NCBI GenBank assembly: GCA_002633005.1
Contig: NMRA01000031.1
Span: 62,001 to 126,000 of the forward strand
DNA: 64,000 nt
From: Phoronis australis
Taxonomy: Eukaryota > Animalia > Phoronida
Direction of reading: 5' to 3'
Part shown: positions 60,501 to 64,000 of the stretch, one piece after another
Layout: each line of letters starts with the position of its first letter
Position numbering within the stretch: the stretch's first letter is position 1
Translations under genes and position numbers: made by a program
The notes under the pieces: generated by a model
Databases searched by the model: none
Seen by the model: only the letters and a program-made list of their open reading frames with translations
What the model was told of the DNA's origin: nothing

Positions 60501-62104
60501 AGGGCTTGGAATTTTCATGTTTTAAGAGGATTTCCTCTTTTTTTGGTTTTGATTTCCTCTTATTTGATTTCCGGTTTCCTCTTTGTTGTATCTTTTTAAT
60601 CATTATTTTTACTTTATTCATGCAAAAACGTTTATTTCAGTAATAAATTTTACAATACAAGAGTATTTCTTTTGTACTATCCAATTAATTTGTGGAACGA
60701 TACATTACCTGGAAAATTTCTCTTCTTTTTGTCATTGGTCATTCCAAGCCCTGCATGTGAGAAAATAACCTAGGTGGAAATGGGAACTTTTTATCAGAAG
60801 TCTCGTAACACGAATTTGCTATTTCTAAATGCGGTGCTAATTAATTCATCGTGATTTGTAAAGTGACCACTATTTTCTAAATTTGCAGTTTATTCGCGTT
60901 TTTTTAATTAGCGACTTGTATCCTTGCCACTTAGGTTTTACAATCGTCTTGTGGAGAGAAATACAGAACAAGCTCTTGCAGTCCGCCATATTCTTGCTGG
61001 TTCGTCACGACCTTCGCCATATTTGATCTTTGGTCCTCCAGGAACTGGAAAGACAGTCACACTGGTGGAAGCCATGAAACAGGTGTTTTGATTTTGTGCA
61101 TCACAAATGGTGTGTGTGTGCTGTATGTGTGTGTGCGTGTATGCATTTATGACATGTGTATTGTCGTTATTATTGTCTGAGCCCTTATCTAGGCCAAACA
61201 TTCACACATTGAAGGTACCTTAACTACATGGTTAACGAACTCATAAACACGGCCTACGAATCTGCAAACACCGTCCACTGACTCACAAACACGGGAACGG
61301 ACTCACAAAACACGATCCACGCTCCCAAATACATGGGACACGGACTCATATTCACGAGGAAACACGGATAACGGACCGCCAAACACGGTTTACGGACAAA
61401 ATTGTTGAGTTGTTAAGTGAATAAAGAACGATCTTCAGGATAACTAGTACTGTTTTTATTGATGCGCACTAACTGGTGCTCACACTACAACTAATAGATG
61501 TTTACTCTATGTAACATATATATATAGAGACCGGTAGAGGTCGCTCATATCAACAAAAATGGAGATGTCAGCTGATCCAGGAAGTCGATGAGTCCGTTCC
61601 CGTGTTTGTGAGTCAGTGGACGGTGTTTGCAGACCAGATCCGTGATTCGTGTTCATGCGTCCGTGCCGGTGTTTATGAGTGTGTTGACCGTGTAGTTTAG
61701 GTACCTTGACATTGCCATTATTGATTTGCTACATTTAACATTAACATTAAAACTTCACCTATATTTGGTCTAAAGTTTCCTAAAAATTCAATTTAATTGT
61801 CAGTTTTCCGTTTTCATTTAGAGCTATTAGATGTCCGACTTAACTTGCCATGTATTATTTTGTACATTGTATTACTAAAGGTGAACTCGAGGCTTCGTGA
61901 ATGATGTATCTGTGACTAATTGTCTTGTAACACCCTCTTCAGGTGTGCAAGTGTATCCGTGGCACACATATCCTCGCCTGCGCTCCGTCTAATAGTGCAG
62001 CTGACCTTCTTGCTCTCCGTCTGCTGGAACACATCGACAAGAGCAGAATCATGCGACTGAACGCTAAATCTCGCCATTGGTCAACTGTGCCTGAAAAAGT
62101 TCAG
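33369..62104 (+). CDS. MOV10: MOV10 UPF1-like SF1 RNA helicase; 3'-partial, 10 coding exons in window
   Basis: Exons 33369-33583, 36430-36735, 37241-37497, 51865-52105, 52989-53126, 53916-54075, 57488-57642, 58745-58930, 60935-61082, 61943-62104; 1968 nt in frame. Motifs FSSILYPLK (cf. human FSSMLYGMK), LLYIEEIQM..DIRKYDM, VPGLAENRPSVLKGD, FTYNR...QHRA, Walker A IFGPPGTGKTVTLVEA, motif Ia ILACAPSNSAADLL. Confidence 0.93.
34840..35085. mobile_element. PIF/Harbinger-type MITE, copy 2
   Basis: GGGCCCGTTCCAAGAAACTGACTTA...TAAGTCAGTCTTGGTGGAATGGGCCC; TSD CTG. Confidence 0.8.
35452..36232. repeat. 65-bp minisatellite, about 12 copies
   Basis: Unit CTTGACACTTCATTCTTGCTAGAGAACATGCTTGGCACAT(A/T)AAGTG(A/G)CACACCC(A/T)GACAAG(A/C)CAA, period 65. 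Confidence 0.95.
36430..36735 (+). CDS. MOV10: MOV10 exon with C2H2 zinc finger
   Basis: tttaag|G TTT...GAT AA|gtaagg; phase 2 on both sides; YRCTLCKVKCSRSVKALREHCGGKKH. Confidence 0.82.
37241..37497 (+). CDS. MOV10: MOV10 exon
   Basis: ttgcag|G TCC...CCA G|gtaact; alternative in-frame acceptor at 37208. Confidence 0.78.
38696..43881 (+). mobile_element. Helentron/HINE-type (pearl/DINE-like) non-autonomous element, copy 1
   Basis: TTTTT-ATG(T/C)GCCCAC 5' hairpin/subTIR, CGTC microsatellite, about 145-bp CTAGTGGC core repeats, 3' GTGGGCGCAT...GCTCTTGTT; interrupted at 39078-42572. Confidence 0.75.
39078..42572 (+). mobile_element. Decayed AcademX DNA transposon (transposase plus XPG-like nuclease remnants)
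   Basis: About 140-bp imperfect TIRs (CGTGCACCCCC.AGACTTCAACT...ATGCAAATTAGTGCC.CCATTACCGATTTG); right end ...CGACTCAACTA (TAG terminus). Broken + strand peptides SIGQDIVY..KH.LLC.TI...RSKQL...LHKL, SNLEEDTR, AGEDCTSDFKG..K.GPL, P..D.GQGW. Confidence 0.72.
44675..49703. mobile_element. Second nested TIR DNA transposon (TAG...CTA termini, 3-bp TSD) with a decayed transposase-like remnant
   Basis: Left T(C)AGTCCACG...AGCGGCAAGGTGGGGGGTCA; right TGACCCCCACCTTGCCGCT...CGTGGACTA; TSD GTA; stop-ridden peptide at 46320-46600 (KGWVWK...P.DM*..I.SLRNELGKK.FAKDYWLIPQQVQS). Confidence 0.6.
51865..52105 (+). CDS. MOV10: MOV10 exon
   Basis: tttcag|GT GCG...GAC AA|gttagt; ATYEIQV...GSFLANIVFTF...IVRKIAAHV. 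Confidence 0.87.
52989..53126 (+). CDS. MOV10: MOV10 exon
   Basis: ttgcag|G GAT...TTG AA|gtgagc; LEREIPLKNYSIPKELRRI. Confidence 0.85.
53916..54075 (+). CDS. MOV10: MOV10 exon
   Basis: caaag|G ACA...CAG|gtacaa; NHQERFQTLLYIEEIQMSVDIRKYDM. Confidence 0.9.
55424..57093 (+). mobile_element. Helentron/HINE-type element, copy 2, with a duplicated 3' half
   Basis: 5' TTTTTATGCGCCCACAT..ATGTGTGGACGCAT hairpin and (CGTC)n tract; 3' end GTGGGCGCATTTCAACGCTCTGC.TTGCTCTTGT occurs twice (about 56366-56400 and 57061-57094). Confidence 0.8.
57488..57642 (+). CDS. MOV10: MOV10 exon
   Basis: atctag|GTC CCC...TCC AA|gtaagt; VPGLAENRPSVLKGD. Confidence 0.93.
58280..58547. repeat. About 29-bp minisatellite
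   Basis: Unit TGTCAGACAAGCAA(A/T)GACATT(A/G)CTTCTAA with truncated variants. Confidence 0.85.
58745..58930 (+). CDS. MOV10: MOV10 exon
   Basis: tttcag|G CTT...ATT GT|gtaggt; MKFHVRFTYNR...QHRAV...FLFP. Confidence 0.9.
60935..61082 (+). CDS. MOV10: MOV10 exon (Walker A)
   Basis: cttag|G TTT...CAG|gtgttt; NTEQALAV..I..GSSRPSPYLIFGPPGTGKTVTLVEA. Confidence 0.95.
61213..61706. mobile_element. Harbinger-type MITE hosting a solo LTR
   Basis: TIR AGGTACCT.AACTACA.GGT.AAC..ACTCATAAACAC; TSD TGA; ACACGG subrepeats. Confidence 0.75.
61403..61555 (-). mobile_element. Solo LTR (153 bp)
   Basis: TGTTGA...TCAACA termini, 5-bp TSD AAAAT, nearly identical to the LTR at 63147-63301. Confidence 0.9.
61943..62104 (+). 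CDS. MOV10: MOV10 exon (motif Ia)
   Basis: cttcag|GTG...CAG|gtttgt; HILACAPSNSAADLLALRL...RLNAKSR. Confidence 0.95.
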
Positions 62105-62332
62105 GTTTGTTGAAAGTTGTCATGTGACTTGGTTTTTGGGCCACTTCCAGTGTGCAATGCAAAATCTAATGAGTTGCCAGTTGTTTTCAATAGATGTTAT
62201 GGCTGTTGTGTGTGTAATGCATTTTCTTAATCACATGTAAGCTCGGTGGACAGGGTGCATATGTTGAGGCCATCCTGCTGTTTGCCGCAAGTCAGATTGA
62301 CTTTCGGTACTACGTTTGACGCAGATGAAACA

Positions 62333-63146
62333 CAGCACACATCACGAATTTTTGGCCGACCGGTCGGAAATTGGTCGACGACCGGCCGTCGACCGGTCGT
62401 CTAGCCGNGCGTGGTTGCGCTGCACGCGAAACAAGATGGCGGACGAACTTTGGAGCCTGACGAAAATAGGTAACCGGACTATACATCCCCACAAAAAGTT
62501 ACGAATTTCAAAATACAGGAAATAAAATCAAATGAAACATGCACATATGCACATGGAGTTACCGGGCAATTAACACATTCTGGGGATGATTCAGTTAAGA
62601 TAATTTGACTCAATGGAAATCTGTCGCAGTTTGTTCCAGTCTGTTTCTCGTGTTGAGTGCCATTTTGGCATTTTGAGGAAGTTATGTGGAATCACGCATG
62701 CTGGCAAATAAATAGTCGAAGGGATGCAAATCTTACAAATTTCACCTACTATTTACCAATTGTCACGAACCAGCGTCACGCGCTTCGCTCAGTCTCGCGC
62801 TATAGCAGCTAGCTTTGCCTAACTCACATGACTCGGTTGAAATACTTTGTGGTCATCGCACGCGTGGTGAAAAAGTTGATGGTGACCAAAAAAATGGAGT
62901 TGGATTACTTCTCTAAAGTCACCTTAATTCTCGTAACTATGCTTCATCTAAGATATGTGTAGAAGTAGAAAGGTTCAGCCACTGAAGAAAGTAAGCGCTG
63001 TTTTAAGTGATAGTTTTAAGTGTGAAATGTATTTTTCACAAGATGAAAACTCTTAATCGGTGACCGAATGTGGCCTGCCGGCTGTGTAAAATAAACACGG
63101 GACAAAAATCGTACAGAAAGCGATGGGAAGTATTGTAGCCCCTAAC
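62333..63146 (+). mobile_element. Left end of a longer element sharing the TIR of the 21222 MITE
   Basis: Identical TIR at 62333 to about 62400, then an N and unique sequence until the LTR at 63147; right end not in the window. Confidence 0.6.
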
Positions 63147-64000
63147 TGTTGAGTTGTTAAGTGAATAAAGAACGATCTTCAGGATAACTAGTACTGCTTT
63201 TATTGATGTGCACTAACTGGTGCTCACACTACAACTAACAGATGTTTACACTATGTAATATATATATATAGATAGACCGGTAGAGGTCGCTCATATCAAC
63301 ATCTCCCTTTCTCAAATCAAATAAAAACTCGTAAGTTTTTCTTTCCCATTTTACCAGATATGAGTTTCCCTACGGCGTCAAAATGAACAAGCTAATCCAC
63401 TTATCATATGTTTCTTACACAAAATCATTGAACTAAATCGTCACTTAAGCAAATGTTTGAGCAATCACTTAAACAAATGTTCATCAGCAATCATAGTCCC
63501 TGAGATAATTTGGTCGTTTGGTCACTCGTTGTGAACGTCTCGGCACTACAACAGGGAGATTGTCTGTCGGTGATATACTGTTGTCAGCGTTTCCGGTTGC
63601 GGTTGTCTGTGGTGCATTACCGTTTCCCGATGCCGTTGATTGACTGGTTTCGGCGTTAGGCACTTTCGGTTCCGGAGATTTTTCACGGATGTTTGGCCTA
63701 ATTTGCGTAGGACGAATATGCTTTCGATTGCGTTCGAATATTTGTCCGTTCTCCGCTTTCACAAAATAACTTCGTGTGCCGGATTTCTGTACAANACTAC
63801 AACTAATAGATGTTTACTCTATGTAACATATATATATAGAGACCGGTAGAGGTCGCTCATATCAACATCTCCCTTTCTCAAATCAAATAAAAACTCGTAA
63901 GTTTTTCTTTCCCTTTTTACCAGATATGAGTTTCCCTACGGCGTCAAAATGAACAAACTAATCCACTTATCATATGTTTCTTACACAAAATCATTGAACT
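63147..64000 (-). mobile_element. 3' end of a Gypsy-like LTR retrotransposon (3' LTR, PPT, integrase C-terminus)
   Basis: LTR 63147-63301 abuts the PPT (minus strand GAGAAAGGGAGA); ORF end 63484-63762 reads GQIFERNRKHIR...RRSQRVTKRPNYLRDY*. Confidence 0.85.

Noticed and set aside
63797-64000. Second LTR and PPT copy suggesting a tandem retroelement
   Set aside because: It starts exactly at an N and repeats about 63228-63433; most likely overlapping contig ends joined across a gap.

Overview
This is a eukaryotic, intron-rich and AT-rich animal window; a lophotrochozoan invertebrate such as a mollusc is my inference from the repeat types. I rebuilt three spliced genes by hand from GT-AG sites and reading-frame phase. 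(1) A SUV39H H3K9 methyltransferase on + (557-7780, 5' end outside the window). (2) A complete DCLRE1C/Artemis on - (27135-13051, 10 coding exons, 1018 aa), tail-to-tail with SUV39H as in human SUV39H2-DCLRE1C. (3) A MOV10 helicase on + (ATG 33369, running past the window end), head-to-head with Artemis and carrying an extra matrin/U1-type C2H2 zinc finger near its N-terminus. The introns are rich in transposons. The most notable is a 12,957-bp TIR element with a perfect 8-bp TSD (GTATCGAC) filling the third MOV10 coding intron; nested inside it are a MITE, a Helentron-type element, a decayed AcademX transposon and a second TAG...CTA element. The window also holds Harbinger-, hAT- and mariner-type MITEs, a LINE fragment, a tRNA-derived SINE, a solo LTR plus the 3' end of its parent LTR element, and two minisatellites. 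Most short ORFs in the supplied track are spurious.
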